Counted from the first letter of the stretch, positions 9,965 to 20,374 are shown. The stretch is 64,000 nucleotides of DNA from Betaproteobacteria bacterium (GCA_947453825.1 CANGHN010000002.1:48997-112996), one strand, 5' to 3'. Numbers and translations: made by a program. The notes: a model not told the origin generated them from the sequence alone.

Positions 9965-10618
9965 ATGCCTGCTTTAGTAAAACATCTTGGTTTGGCAGAT
10001 TACGCATCGACTTATGAGGCGATGCAAGCTTTTACTAAAGAGCGCAATAGTGATACTCCAGATGAGATTTGGGTTTTAGAGCACCCCCCTGTTTTTACTT
10101 TGGGGCTTGCAGGCAACGCTGGTAATTTGCATTCGCCTAGTAAGCACATTCCCTTGGTGCAAGTCGATCGTGGTGGCGAGATTACTTATCATGGTCCTGG
10201 ACAGATTGTGGTGTACCTCTTGCTTGATCTCAAACGTCTAGGCATCTTTGTTAAAGAACTCGTCTCGCGTATTGAGCAAGCTCTGATTGATACTCTGGCG
10301 GATTTTGGAATTCAGGCAGAGAGGCAGCAAGGAGCCCCCGGAATCTATATTTCAGAGCAGGCTGGAGTGCCAGCGCAATGGATTGGAGCTAAGGTAGCTG
10401 CCTTAGGTCTGAAGGTCTCTAAAAGCTGCTCCTACCATGGCCTTGCCTTAAATGTAGCGACTGATCTGGAGGCGTTTGCTCGTATCCACCCCTGTGGTTA
10501 TGAGGGCCTAAAGACAGTTGATATGCAAACCCTTGGGATCAAGGACAATATAGACATTATTAGCCAAAGGCTTTTGAAGCATTTACAAAAGCAACTGATG
10601 TCACATGACCACAAATAA
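9965..10618 (+). CDS. lipB: Lipoyl(octanoyl) transferase
   Basis: [34 protein letters not shown]. Confidence 0.95.
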   Translation: MPALVKHLGLADYASTYEAMQAFTKERNSDTPDEIWVLEHPPVFTLGLAGNAGNLHSPSKHIPLVQVDRGGEITYHGPGQIVVYLLLDLKRLGIFVKELVSRIEQALIDTLADFGIQAERQQGAPGIYISEQAGVPAQWIGAKVAALGLKVSKSCSYHGLALNVATDLEAFARIHPCGYEGLKTVDMQTLGIKDNIDIISQRLLKHLQKQLMSHDHK

Positions 10619-11615
10619 GATCGATTCCAAAGCACCCGTCGAAGCTCGTCAAGACTTGAGTTATGACGCGACTCGCAAGCAAAAGTCTAGCGAGAAGACC
10701 GCACGTATTCCCATCAAGATTATTCCGCTTACAGAAGTCTTAAAAAAGCCGGATTGGATTCGGGTAAAGGCTGCATCGGGCAATTCTCGTTTCAATGAGA
10801 TCAAAAAGATTTTGCGCGAGAACGAATTGGTCACCGTCTGCGAAGAGGCGAGCTGCCCCAACATAGGTGAGTGCTTTGGTAAGGGCACAGCTACATTCAT
10901 GATCATGGGCGATAAGTGCACCCGTCGTTGTCCTTTCTGTGATGTTGGTCATGGCAGACCAGATCCCTTAGATCAAAAAGAGCCTGCCAATTTAGCGCGC
11001 ACCATTGCTGCCCTCAAGCTCAATTACGTGGTGATTACCAGTGTCGATCGCGATGATTTACGCGATGGTGGAGCGATGCATTATGTAGATTGTATTTCTC
11101 AATCACGAGCACTTTCACCAAATACTCGGATTGAGGTTTTGGTGCCAGATTTTCGTGGTCGCTTAGATAAGGCTCTTGATATTTTTGCAGACCATGCACC
11201 CAGTGGTTTACCAGATGTGATGAACCATAATTTGGAAACCGTGCCACGCTTGTATAAAGAAGCACGACCAGGCGCAGATTACCTTCACTCTTTAAAGTTA
11301 TTGAAGGATTTCAAAGAGCGTTTCCCTCGCATTCCAACCAAGAGTGGATTAATGGTGGGTCTTGGAGAAACTGATGAAGAAATTCTTGAAGTAATGCGTG
11401 ATATGCGTGAGCACAATATTGATATGCTCACAATCGGCCAATATCTTGCGCCATCAGGCCATCACCTGCCAGTGCGTCGCTATGTCCATCCTGACATTTT
11501 CAAGATGTTTGAGGAGAAGGCATACGCTATGGGCTTTTCTCATGCCGCAGTAGGCGCTATGGTGCGCTCTAGCTATCACGCTGATCAACAGGCGCACGGA
11601 GCGGGAGTTGTTTAG
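10605..11615 (+). CDS. lipA: Lipoyl synthase
   Basis: [27 protein letters not shown]. Confidence 0.97.
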   Translation: MTTNKIDSKAPVEARQDLSYDATRKQKSSEKTARIPIKIIPLTEVLKKPDWIRVKAASGNSRFNEIKKILRENELVTVCEEASCPNIGECFGKGTATFMIMGDKCTRRCPFCDVGHGRPDPLDQKEPANLARTIAALKLNYVVITSVDRDDLRDGGAMHYVDCISQSRALSPNTRIEVLVPDFRGRLDKALDIFADHAPSGLPDVMNHNLETVPRLYKEARPGADYLHSLKLLKDFKERFPRIPTKSGLMVGLGETDEEILEVMRDMREHNIDMLTIGQYLAPSGHHLPVRRYVHPDIFKMFEEKAYAMGFSHAAVGAMVRSSYHADQQAHGAGVV

Positions 11616-12192
11616 AGTAGTTGCAAAGCTTAGCGCCTTAATAAGCATAATCATTTTGCTAGTAGCCTGCAGTCCAAAGCTGGATTGGCGTACTATCCAA
11701 TCTCCCCAAGAACGATATACCGCTTTATTTCCGGGTAAGCCAGATAAGTTAGAGCGTCGTATACCGTATGAGAATCAAGAGTTTGCTCAAACTCTTGAGG
11801 CAGTCAAAATCGATGATGATATTTATTCGATTAGTTCTATCCATGTGCCTATGATCCAGGCTGCATTAACCGTCAAGCTTATGACTGAGCTGCAAAATAA
11901 TATTTTGGCAAGAGCAAAAGCATCTGGCGGCAAGGTTGATGAGGTGGATGCAATATATCAAGCTAGTAATCAACAACGGTTGCCAATTAAAGATTACTTT
12001 ATTACTTTCAGAATCAATGAAAAATCTCAACAGTTCATGCGGGTTCGTTGGATCACACGCTTGGCAAGTAATGGCGATGCCTGGATTTATCAGGTCTCAG
12101 TCTTGCATCCCAATATCAATGCTGAAGATGCAAAAACACGTTTATCTCAAGAAGAGTACGCAAACTTCTTTAATGAATTTTGTCCAGAGTAG
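11608..12192 (+). CDS. Hypothetical lipoprotein
   Basis: Lipobox LLVAC followed by [16 protein letters not shown]; TTG start overlaps lipA stop. Confidence 0.7.
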   Translation: MFRVVAKLSALISIIILLVACSPKLDWRTIQSPQERYTALFPGKPDKLERRIPYENQEFAQTLEAVKIDDDIYSISSIHVPMIQAALTVKLMTELQNNILARAKASGGKVDEVDAIYQASNQQRLPIKDYFITFRINEKSQQFMRVRWITRLASNGDAWIYQVSVLHPNINAEDAKTRLSQEEYANFFNEFCPE

Positions 12193-12216
12193 GGCCGTAA
12201 GGTGAGCTCGTAAAGC

Positions 12217-12474
12217 TTATTGAGTTTTTTCTAGAGCAGCCACTTTAGCTTCCAGTGCTTCCAGTTTCTCTCTCGTCTTAGCAAGCACTTTAGTTTGCAA
12301 TTCAAATTCTTCGCGGGTTACTAAGTCCATTTTCTGAAAACCTTGATTCATCATGGCGCGAACATTCTTTTCAATCTCTTGTGCTGGTGAATTGCGAATC
12401 GCATCACCTACCTTGTTTTGCATATCGTTTGCGATACGTTGGATTTGTTCGAGGATTTCACCGGGTTTTTGCAT
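12217..12474 (-). CDS. ubiK: Ubiquinone biosynthesis accessory factor UbiK (YqiC family)
   Basis: KMDLVTREEFELQTKVLAKTREKLEALEAKVAALE; start set at ATG 12474; divergent from glnK-amtB. Confidence 0.85.
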   Translation of the reverse strand: MQKPGEILEQIQRIANDMQNKVGDAIRNSPAQEIEKNVRAMMNQGFQKMDLVTREEFELQTKVLAKTREKLEALEAKVAALEKTQ

Positions 12475-12586
12475 GATGGGGTTTCGCAGTTCTATCGAAA
12501 GTTGCTTAAAAGATACACATTCATATTTTAAGTTGAGTGGGCAAAAATGCCTAAATAGGGGGTAAATCAGTACAAAAAGCCCAAAA

Positions 12587-12626
12587 TTCACAGCTAGGGT
12601 GCATCAATTAGCACCAAATTAGTGCA
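12587..12626. promoter_or_regulatory. Tandem NtrC-like binding sites
   Basis: TTCAC-AGCTAGG-GTGCA (12587-12603) and AGCAC-CAAATTA-GTGCA (12610-12626) vs consensus TGCAC-N7-GTGCA, upstream of glnK-amtB. Confidence 0.7.
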
Positions 12627-12738
12627 ATTGCCTCAATAAGGGGATTTGTGACAAATCCATGAACGCCCAAACCTTCAATATCGCCTCATGCATTAAGCAT
12701 TCAACCCTTTTTTATTTACAACCAGTAAGGAGCATTAA

Positions 12739-13656
12739 ATGAAAACTATTCACAAGACAGCAATCTCTGCGGCAGCAGTAGCATTGTTATCTGGCGTTGC
12801 AACTACAGCAGCTTTTGCTGCTGATGCACCAGAGCCAGAAGTTAGCCCAATCGCAGCTAACGTCACTGTTGCCAGCAACTACATCTATCGTGGTTTGACG
12901 CAGACTAATAACAAGCCAGCAATTCAAGGTGGCTTTGACTACGCCCATGAGAGTGGTTTCTATGTAGGTAACTGGAACTCAAACATCAGCTGGATTAGCG
13001 ACCAATACGGTGGCTATGGTGGAAGTGGTACTGGTTCAGTTACTGCCCCAATCGAAATGGACTTCTATGCTGGTTTCAAGAAAGAATTCCTCGGTGAAGG
13101 TTATGCCTCTGACTTTGGTGTATTGCAGTACTACTACCCAGTGTCTGGCATGGTTTCTAATGCCCCAACTTCAAAGCAAATCAATGCATACCCAACTGCT
13201 CGCCAGTCTTCAGGCGCTTCACCTAGCACAACAGAAATTTATGCAGCACAGAACTTCACAGCCGGTCCTGTAGCAGGCTTCTTCAAGTTCTCATATGCAT
13301 TGAGCAACCTGTTTGGTATCTACAACTCTAAAGGTTCTTTCTACCCAGATTTGACAGCGAACTATGACACTGGCATGTACGGCATTACTTTGAATGCTCA
13401 CGTTGGTTACCAGTATGTGCCTAACAACGTCGTTGTTGGTTCAACCTCTACAACTGCAATGCCTGGTACTTACAACCTCAGCTATGCAGACTGGAAATTT
13501 GGTTTGACTAAAGACTTCGGTGGTGGCTTGTCTGGTTCTGCTTACTACACAGGTACTTCTGTACAAAAAGTGGGTAGCACATACATGTACACAACACCTA
13601 ACGGTGGCAATCAAGGTCGTGCCAACGGCGTAGTTGCTTTGACCAAAACTTTCTAA
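12739..13656 (+). CDS. TorF-family putative outer-membrane porin (NlmA-like)
   Basis: Signal peptide, SNYIYRGLTQT, PAIQGGFDY, EMDFYAG, C-terminal Phe; SD AAGGAG. Confidence 0.85.
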   Translation: MKTIHKTAISAAAVALLSGVATTAAFAADAPEPEVSPIAANVTVASNYIYRGLTQTNNKPAIQGGFDYAHESGFYVGNWNSNISWISDQYGGYGGSGTGSVTAPIEMDFYAGFKKEFLGEGYASDFGVLQYYYPVSGMVSNAPTSKQINAYPTARQSSGASPSTTEIYAAQNFTAGPVAGFFKFSYALSNLFGIYNSKGSFYPDLTANYDTGMYGITLNAHVGYQYVPNNVVVGSTSTTAMPGTYNLSYADWKFGLTKDFGGGLSGSAYYTGTSVQKVGSTYMYTTPNGGNQGRANGVVALTKTF

Positions 13657-13669
13657 TTTCCACCTCTGA

Positions 13670-14020
<351 letters not shown>

Positions 14021-14033
14021 AGAGAGGTTCAAA

Positions 14034-15518
14034 ATGTTAACTTGGATGAAACGACTCGTTGCTGGTGGAGCTATGGCCTTGGCTATTGGCGCTACTGGTG
14101 TGTTAGTAACTTCACCAGCTCACGCTGATGAAGCTAAAAAACCTGCAGTTACTGCTCCTGCTGCTACTCCTGCAGCTGCAGAACCTGCGCCCGTTCTTTG
14201 CTCTGAAAAGTGCAATAAAGCCGATACTGCTTGGATGATGGTTTGTACAGCATTAGTGCTGTTGATGACTCTTCCTGGTTTAGCTTTGTTCTACGGCGGT
14301 TTGACACGTAGCAAAAATATCTTGTCTATCTGTATGCAGTGTTTCATGGTCTTCTCCCTGATATCTGTGCTTTGGGCAATTTATGGCTACAGTTTTGCCT
14401 TTACCGAAGGCGGAGCATTTATTGGTGGACTTGATCGCTTGTTCTTGGGTGGTATGAATCCAGACTCAGTAGCAGCAACCTTTAGTAAAGGTGTTGTGAT
14501 TCCTGAGTATGTATTTATGGCTTTCCAAGCAGTGTTCGCAACCATTACTTGCTGCTTGATCATTGGTTCTTTTGCTGAGCGCGCTAAGTTCTCTGCAATC
14601 TTGATTTTCATGATCCTTTGGTTCACCTTCAGCTATATTCCAATCGCTCACATGGTTTGGTTCTGGCCTGGTCCTGATGACATCAAAGACGCTGCATCCC
14701 TCGAGGCTATTACCGCTCGTGCTGGCTGGTTGTGGCAAAAAGGTGTTCTCGACTTTGCTGGCGGTACCGTTGTTCACATCAATGCTGCTATTGCTGGCTT
14801 GGTTGGTTCCTTCGTTATCGGCAAACGTGTTGGTTACGGCAAAGAAGCAATGAAGCCACATAACTTAGTTTATGTAATGGCTGGTGCTGCACTCTTGTGG
14901 TTCGGCTGGTTTGGTTTCAATGCTGGTTCAGCATTAGAAGCAAACGGTAGCGCTGCATTGGCATTCGTGAATACTTATTTAGCAACTGCTGCTGCTGTAT
15001 TGGGCTGGTCAGTAGCTGAGTGGGTTCTCAAAGGTAAGCCATCTATGTTGGGCGCTGCTTCTGGTTGCGTAGCCGGCTTGGTTGCTATTACTCCTGCTGC
15101 TGGTTTTGCTGGCCCAATGGGTTCTATCATCATCGGCTTGATTGCTGGTGTAGTTTGCCTCTGGGGTGTAACTGGTCTCAAGAAAATCTTGGGCTCTGAT
15201 GACAGCTTGGATGTATTTGGTGTTCACGGCGTAGGTGGTATTACTGGTGCTTTATTGACCGGCGTATTTGCTGATCCAGCATTAGGCGGTTCTGGTATCT
15301 GGGATTACGTAGCCAATGCTGTTGCTCCTGACTACTCTATTGCTAGCCAATTGTGGATTCAGGCTCAAGGCGTGATTACTACCTTGATCTGGTCTGGCGT
15401 GGTCTCTTACATTGCCTTCAAATTAATCGATATGGTGATTGGTTTGCGTGTGAAGGAAGAGGAAGAGCGCGAAGGCTTGGATATCAGCTCACATGGTGAG
15501 ACTGCCTACGAGTCTTAA
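14034..15518 (+). CDS. amtB: Ammonium transporter
   Basis: PGLALFYGG, DFAGGTVVH, WFGWFGFNAGS, DVFGVHG; start ATG 14034 after SD AGAGAGG. Confidence 0.96.
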   Translation: MLTWMKRLVAGGAMALAIGATGVLVTSPAHADEAKKPAVTAPAATPAAAEPAPVLCSEKCNKADTAWMMVCTALVLLMTLPGLALFYGGLTRSKNILSICMQCFMVFSLISVLWAIYGYSFAFTEGGAFIGGLDRLFLGGMNPDSVAATFSKGVVIPEYVFMAFQAVFATITCCLIIGSFAERAKFSAILIFMILWFTFSYIPIAHMVWFWPGPDDIKDAASLEAITARAGWLWQKGVLDFAGGTVVHINAAIAGLVGSFVIGKRVGYGKEAMKPHNLVYVMAGAALLWFGWFGFNAGSALEANGSAALAFVNTYLATAAAVLGWSVAEWVLKGKPSMLGAASGCVAGLVAITPAAGFAGPMGSIIIGLIAGVVCLWGVTGLKKILGSDDSLDVFGVHGVGGITGALLTGVFADPALGGSGIWDYVANAVAPDYSIASQLWIQAQGVITTLIWSGVVSYIAFKLIDMVIGLRVKEEEEREGLDISSHGETAYES

Positions 15519-15570
15519 TCAGTAGATTTACCCCTCACCCGGCGGTCCTGGTTGGCTGCCTGGTTTTAAG

Positions 15571-15602
15571 CGCGGGATCCTCGGATCCCGCGTCTTTCTT
15601 TT
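15571..15602 (+). terminator. Rho-independent terminator after amtB
   Basis: CGCGGGATCC-TC-GGATCCCGCG followed by TCTTTCTTTT. Confidence 0.85.
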
Positions 15603-15610
15603 AATAATCT

Positions 15611-15616
15611 TACAAT
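15611..15616 (+). promoter_or_regulatory. -10 element TACAAT, 6 nt before gshA ATG
   Basis: TACAAT-ggtgga-ATG(15623), immediately after a terminator so a new promoter is needed. Confidence 0.65.
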
Positions 15617-15622
15617 GGTGGA

Positions 15623-16921
15623 ATGGTTCCACATCTCATCACAGCCCTAAGCGGCCCTTTGCTCGAATTAGAGTCAAAGGTACTAGAAGCGACCCCAACC
15701 ATTGAGCGTTGGTTCAGGCTGGAGTGGCAAGAACATACGCCGCCATTCTATTGCTCGGTAGATTTACGCAATTCAGGTTTTAAGTTAGCCCCGGTTGATA
15801 CCAACCTCTTTCCTGGTGGTTTTAATAACCTATCGCCTCAGATGTTGCCTCTTGCAGTTCAGGCTGCTATGGCAGCAATTGAAAAGATCTGTCCAGAAGC
15901 CAAAAATTTATTATTGATTCCAGAGCGCCATACTCGCAATACTTTTTATTTGCAAAATATTGCGCGCCTGTCATCCATCTTGCGTCAAGCTGGTCTTAAT
16001 GTTCGCTTGGGTACTTTCTCTGAAGAAATTAAAAAGCCAACTTGGATTGAGCTACCTGATGGCAATCGTCTTTTGATGGAGCCTTTGTCACGCTTAGGTT
16101 TGAAGAAACAACGCCTGGGTTTAAAAGATTTTGATCCTTGCTCGATTCTCTTGAACAATGATTTGTCTGCTGGCATCCCCCCAATTTTAGAAAATCTACA
16201 TGAGCAGTACTTGTTGCCTGGCCTGCATGCAGGCTGGCACGTGCGTCGTAAGTCAAACCATTTTGCAGCCTATGACGATGTTGCTAAAAAGTTTGCCAAA
16301 GTAGTAGACATTGATCCATGGATGATTAATCCATACTTCACGAGTTGCTCTAATGTGAATTTTCATGAGCGCAAAGGTGAAGATGAGCTTCAAGCAGCTG
16401 TTGAACAGGTTTTGAAAAAGACTGCTAAAAAATATCGTGAATATGGTATTAAAGAAAAACCTTATGCTGTTGTGAAAGCGGATGCAGGTACCTATGGCAT
16501 GGGCATCATGGTAGTAAATGATGCTTCCCAGCTAAAGGACTTGAATCGCAAAGAGCGTAATAAGATGAGCGTCGTCAAAGAAGGCCTTGAGGTAAGTGAT
16601 GTATTGGTTCAAGAAGGCGTATATACCTTTGAAAAAGTCAATGAAGCAGTAGCTGAGCCAGTGGTCTACATGATTGATCGTTATGTCATTGGCGGCTTCT
16701 ACCGCGTACATACTGATCGTGGGCCAGATGAAAATCTCAATGCGCCTGGTATGCACTTTGTACCTTTAGCCTTTGAGCAAAACTCTATGCCAGATATGAC
16801 TGCTAAACCCGGCAGCGCAGCCCCTAATCGCTTCTATTTGTATGGCGTAGTTGCCCGTCTGGCCTTGCTTGCAGCTTCTTTGGAGCTTGAGCGCACCGAT
16901 CCTGATGCCGAGGCTGCATAA
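15623..16921 (+). CDS. gshA: Glutamate-cysteine ligase (betaproteobacterial ATP-grasp type)
   Basis: PPFYCSVDLRNSGFKLAPVDTNLFPGGFNNL, KADAGTYGMGI; upstream of gshB. Confidence 0.93.
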   Translation: MVPHLITALSGPLLELESKVLEATPTIERWFRLEWQEHTPPFYCSVDLRNSGFKLAPVDTNLFPGGFNNLSPQMLPLAVQAAMAAIEKICPEAKNLLLIPERHTRNTFYLQNIARLSSILRQAGLNVRLGTFSEEIKKPTWIELPDGNRLLMEPLSRLGLKKQRLGLKDFDPCSILLNNDLSAGIPPILENLHEQYLLPGLHAGWHVRRKSNHFAAYDDVAKKFAKVVDIDPWMINPYFTSCSNVNFHERKGEDELQAAVEQVLKKTAKKYREYGIKEKPYAVVKADAGTYGMGIMVVNDASQLKDLNRKERNKMSVVKEGLEVSDVLVQEGVYTFEKVNEAVAEPVVYMIDRYVIGGFYRVHTDRGPDENLNAPGMHFVPLAFEQNSMPDMTAKPGSAAPNRFYLYGVVARLALLAASLELERTDPDAEAA

Positions 16922-16936
16922 GTAGCGCATAACCAT

Positions 16937-17878
16937 ATGGATTTCTTATTCATTGCTGACCCCCTCGAATCGTTCAAGATTAAGAAAGATTCCACTCTTG
17001 CAATGATGCGAGTTGCGCAAGAAGCTGGGCATCGCTTATGGTTTTGTCAAAGTCGCAATGTATTGTGGAAAGACAACTCAGTAGTGGCTGATTGTCAGGC
17101 TCTTGAAATAAAGCCCAGCTCGACTTCCTGGTTTGAGCTTAGCGCTGTTGAGTCTCGGTCCTTAAAGTCCTTCTCCGCGGTGTTGATGCGTACTGACCCG
17201 CCGTTTGATATTGAGTACCTCAATACAACTTGGTTATTGTCTGCCGCAGTTCGGCAAGGCGCAAAGGTATTCAATCACCCCACTGCTGTTCGCGACCATT
17301 CAGAAAAGCTTTCCATTACCGAGTTTCCAGATCTGATTCCGCCTACATTAGTAACACGTGAACTTATTGCTGTTGAAGAGTTTCATCAAACGCATCGCGA
17401 TATTGTGATTAAGCCTTTGGACGGCATGGGTGGCATGGGCGTGTTCCGGGTGGGATCTGATGGCTTGAACTTGGCTAGCATTGTTGAAACCCTAGGTGAG
17501 AATGGCTCTAGAACCTTAATGGTGCAACGCTTTTTACCAGAGATTGCAGAGGGCGATAAGCGTGTCCTCTTAATTGGTGGTGAGGTGGTGCCCTTTGCTT
17601 TGGCGCGCATTCCTCAGGGAAGTGAAATTCGCGGTAATTTAGCGGCAGGCGGCAAAGGCCTTGCTATGCCATTAAGTGATATTGAGAAGCGGGTAGCTAC
17701 AAAACTCGCACCTATTCTTAATGAGCGTGGTTTATTTTTGGTTGGACTAGACCTCATTGGTGGCTACCTGACTGAAATTAATGTCACCAGCCCTACTTGT
17801 TTTGTTGAAATCACAGAACAGAGTGGTTTTAATGTTCCACAGTTTTGGTTAGCAGCACTTGAGAAGGCATTGTCATAA
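16937..17878 (+). CDS. gshB: Glutathione synthase
   Basis: KKDSTLAMM, MRTDPPFD, KPLDGMGG, RGNLAAGG, EINVTSPT. Confidence 0.96.
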   Translation: MDFLFIADPLESFKIKKDSTLAMMRVAQEAGHRLWFCQSRNVLWKDNSVVADCQALEIKPSSTSWFELSAVESRSLKSFSAVLMRTDPPFDIEYLNTTWLLSAAVRQGAKVFNHPTAVRDHSEKLSITEFPDLIPPTLVTRELIAVEEFHQTHRDIVIKPLDGMGGMGVFRVGSDGLNLASIVETLGENGSRTLMVQRFLPEIAEGDKRVLLIGGEVVPFALARIPQGSEIRGNLAAGGKGLAMPLSDIEKRVATKLAPILNERGLFLVGLDLIGGYLTEINVTSPTCFVEITEQSGFNVPQFWLAALEKALS

Positions 17879-17879
17879 C

Positions 17880-18302
17880 ATGGCTGGAATCGTAATTGTT
17901 GCCCACACACCGCTTGCTACTGCAATGCTCAGTTTTGCTGAGCATACATACGGTGTTGTTCCCGAGCGCGTCAGGGCGGTTGATATTCCGCCTCATGAAG
18001 ATACTAAGGCGAGCTTTGATCGAGTGATGAAAGCAGCATATGGTGTTAACTCGGGCAATGGCGTGTTGATTTTGACGGACGTTATGGGCGCAACACCGGC
18101 GAACGTGGCATCAAAGCTAGAGGCGCTCGGCCCCCTATCGGGACTGAATGCACCAGTGGTTGTGCTTGCTGGCTTGAATTTACCGATGCTGATGCGCTGT
18201 ATTTCTCATCGCGGTGAAAGCTTAGAGGACTTGGCGCAAAAGGCGCTATCTGGGGGCCAACAGGGAATCTTGCGCCTTGGCGTCAAAGTTAACCAAGAAT
18301 AA
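17880..18302 (+). CDS. PTS EIIA component, mannose/fructose type
   Basis: GIVIVAH, LILTDVMGATPAN, GLNLPML. Confidence 0.88.
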   Translation: MAGIVIVAHTPLATAMLSFAEHTYGVVPERVRAVDIPPHEDTKASFDRVMKAAYGVNSGNGVLILTDVMGATPANVASKLEALGPLSGLNAPVVVLAGLNLPMLMRCISHRGESLEDLAQKALSGGQQGILRLGVKVNQE

Positions 18303-18319
18303 TCAGGAGCGAGTTTGCA

Positions 18320-18589
18320 ATGCCAGTCGCTGAAATTGAAATCATCAATAAATTAGGTTTGCATGCCCGTGCTTCGGCTAAGTTATCGCAACTAGCCGCT
18401 CAGTTTCCATGTGAAATACTGTTGTCACGCAATGGGCGTCAAATCAATGCTAAGAGCATTATGGGGGTCATGATGTTGGCTGCTGGTATCGGCAGCACAG
18501 TGACCCTAGAGACTGTAGGCGAGCAAGCAGATGAAGCTTTGCAAGCCCTCACAGAGTTAATTAACAACCGCTTTGGTGAAGGCGAGTAA
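18320..18589 (+). CDS. ptsH: Phosphocarrier HPr
   Basis: GLHARAS (His15), NAKSIMGVM (Ser46). Confidence 0.94.
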   Translation: MPVAEIEIINKLGLHARASAKLSQLAAQFPCEILLSRNGRQINAKSIMGVMMLAAGIGSTVTLETVGEQADEALQALTELINNRFGEGE

Positions 18590-18591
18590 AG

Positions 18592-20346
18592 ATGACCTTT
18601 GCATTGCACGGCATTCCAGTATCGAAAGGCATTGCGATCGGCAAGGCGGTACTGATTTCACGTGCAGCATTAGAGGTGAGTCATTATTTAGTAGAGCCTG
18701 GTAAAGAAGAGGCTGAAGCCCAAAAATTATTGGAAGCATTTGATCAGGTCCGCTTAGAACTCGATCAATTACGTCACGGCTTACCTAAAGATGCGCCACA
18801 AGAAATGGCAGCATTCTTAGATGTCCATGGCATGATCTTGGCCGACCCTGCATTAGCGCAAAAGCCAATGCAGTTGATTCGTACCCAGCGTATGAATGCT
18901 GCTTGGGCGCTCACAACGGAATTAAATGACCTGTTAGAGCAGTTCGCTGAAATTGAAGATGCTTATCTTAAAGAGCGTGCGAATGATATTCGTCAGGTAG
19001 CAGAGCGTGTCATTAAGGCGTTGAATGCGCAGAAAAAAGAGGCCTTAAGCGACTCAGATTTATTGTCACCTAGTGATGTTGGGGTTGATTCAATTATTGT
19101 GGCTCACGATATCGCGCCGCACGATATGTTGCGCTTTAAGGAGCATGCCTTTACAGGGTTTGTCACGGACCTTGGCGGCAAAACGTCACATACTGCCATT
19201 GTTGCTCGCAGTATGGAGATTCCAGCAGTAGTCGGTGTTCGTCATGCTAGTGAAATGATTCGCCACGGTGATTGGCTAGTGCTCGATGGTGAGCGCGGTA
19301 TCGTCGTAGTGGCACCTGACGAGAGCTTGCTTGAAGACTATCGCAAGCTGCAGAACCAATCCTTGAAGGAGGCTCGTAAGCTACAGCAATTAAAGCATGC
19401 AAAAACGGAAACTCTGGATCGCGTTGATATTGAATTATTTGCCAATATTGAATTACCAGAAGATGCCACTCAGGCGATTAAGTTGGGGGCAGTTGGTGTT
19501 GGTCTATTCCGCTCAGAGTTTTTATTTATGGATCGCCATCAAGCGCTGCCAGATGAGGATCGCCAATATGAAGAATATCGCCGAGTTGTAGATTTAATGC
19601 ATGGCTTGCCGGTCAATATCAGAACAATTGACGTTGGTGCTGATAAAGCCTTGGGAGCTGGCGGTAGCGATGTTTCTCAGACGGGTACATCACCATTAGG
19701 TTTGCGCGCCATTCGTTGGTCACTTACTGAGCCTGAAATTTTTCTCACTCAGCTAAGGGCTATTTTGCGTGCTTCAGCTCATGGCCAAGCTCGCATCATG
19801 ATTCCGATGCTGGCTCATGCTAAAGAAATTGATGAAACCTTACGTCTGATAGAAAAAGCAAAAATGCAGCTGCATTCACGGGGCCAGGCTTTCAACCCCA
19901 ATATTCAGGTGGGCGCTATGATTGAGATTCCTGCCGCTGCCCTTGTTCTTCCTTTATTTATTGATCGTTTTGATTTTTTATCAATTGGTACCAACGACTT
20001 AATTCAGTACACCTTAGCAATTGACCGTGCTGATCATGCAGTAGCCCATTTATATGATCCTTTGCACCCTGCTATTTTGTATTTATTGGCAAGCATTATT
20101 GATCAAGCTAAACGAGCAAATGTACCGATTGCCGTTTGCGGTGAAATGGCTGGCGATCCTTCATTAACTAGACTGTTGTTGGCAATGGGCTTAACAGATT
20201 TTTCAATGCACTTTAGTCAGCTACTGCTAGTAAAGCGTGAGATTTTGAAGGCTGATGTTGGCATGCTCAAAGCCCGCATATCCAGAGTCCTTAAGGCTTA
20301 TGAGCCAGAAGCACAGGCAAAAGCCTTAGAGCGCTTGCTCGCTTAA
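18592..20346 (+). CDS. ptsI: PEP-protein phosphotransferase (Enzyme I)
   Basis: GGKTSHTAIVAR, GLFRSEFLF, SIGTNDLIQY, VCGEMAG; no GAF domain. Confidence 0.94.
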   Translation: MTFALHGIPVSKGIAIGKAVLISRAALEVSHYLVEPGKEEAEAQKLLEAFDQVRLELDQLRHGLPKDAPQEMAAFLDVHGMILADPALAQKPMQLIRTQRMNAAWALTTELNDLLEQFAEIEDAYLKERANDIRQVAERVIKALNAQKKEALSDSDLLSPSDVGVDSIIVAHDIAPHDMLRFKEHAFTGFVTDLGGKTSHTAIVARSMEIPAVVGVRHASEMIRHGDWLVLDGERGIVVVAPDESLLEDYRKLQNQSLKEARKLQQLKHAKTETLDRVDIELFANIELPEDATQAIKLGAVGVGLFRSEFLFMDRHQALPDEDRQYEEYRRVVDLMHGLPVNIRTIDVGADKALGAGGSDVSQTGTSPLGLRAIRWSLTEPEIFLTQLRAILRASAHGQARIMIPMLAHAKEIDETLRLIEKAKMQLHSRGQAFNPNIQVGAMIEIPAAALVLPLFIDRFDFLSIGTNDLIQYTLAIDRADHAVAHLYDPLHPAILYLLASIIDQAKRANVPIAVCGEMAGDPSLTRLLLAMGLTDFSMHFSQLLLVKREILKADVGMLKARISRVLKAYEPEAQAKALERLLA

Positions 20347-20374
20347 AACATTTGGCAGAAAATATATTCAGAAA

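Noticed and set aside
12475-12591. 39-aa N-terminal extension of ubiK
   Set aside because: Runs through promoter DNA; family similarity starts near ATG 12474
15538-15563. Second GC-rich hairpin before the amtB terminator as an sRNA or REP element
   Set aside because: Imperfect, G-U dependent and no second copy noticed in the window
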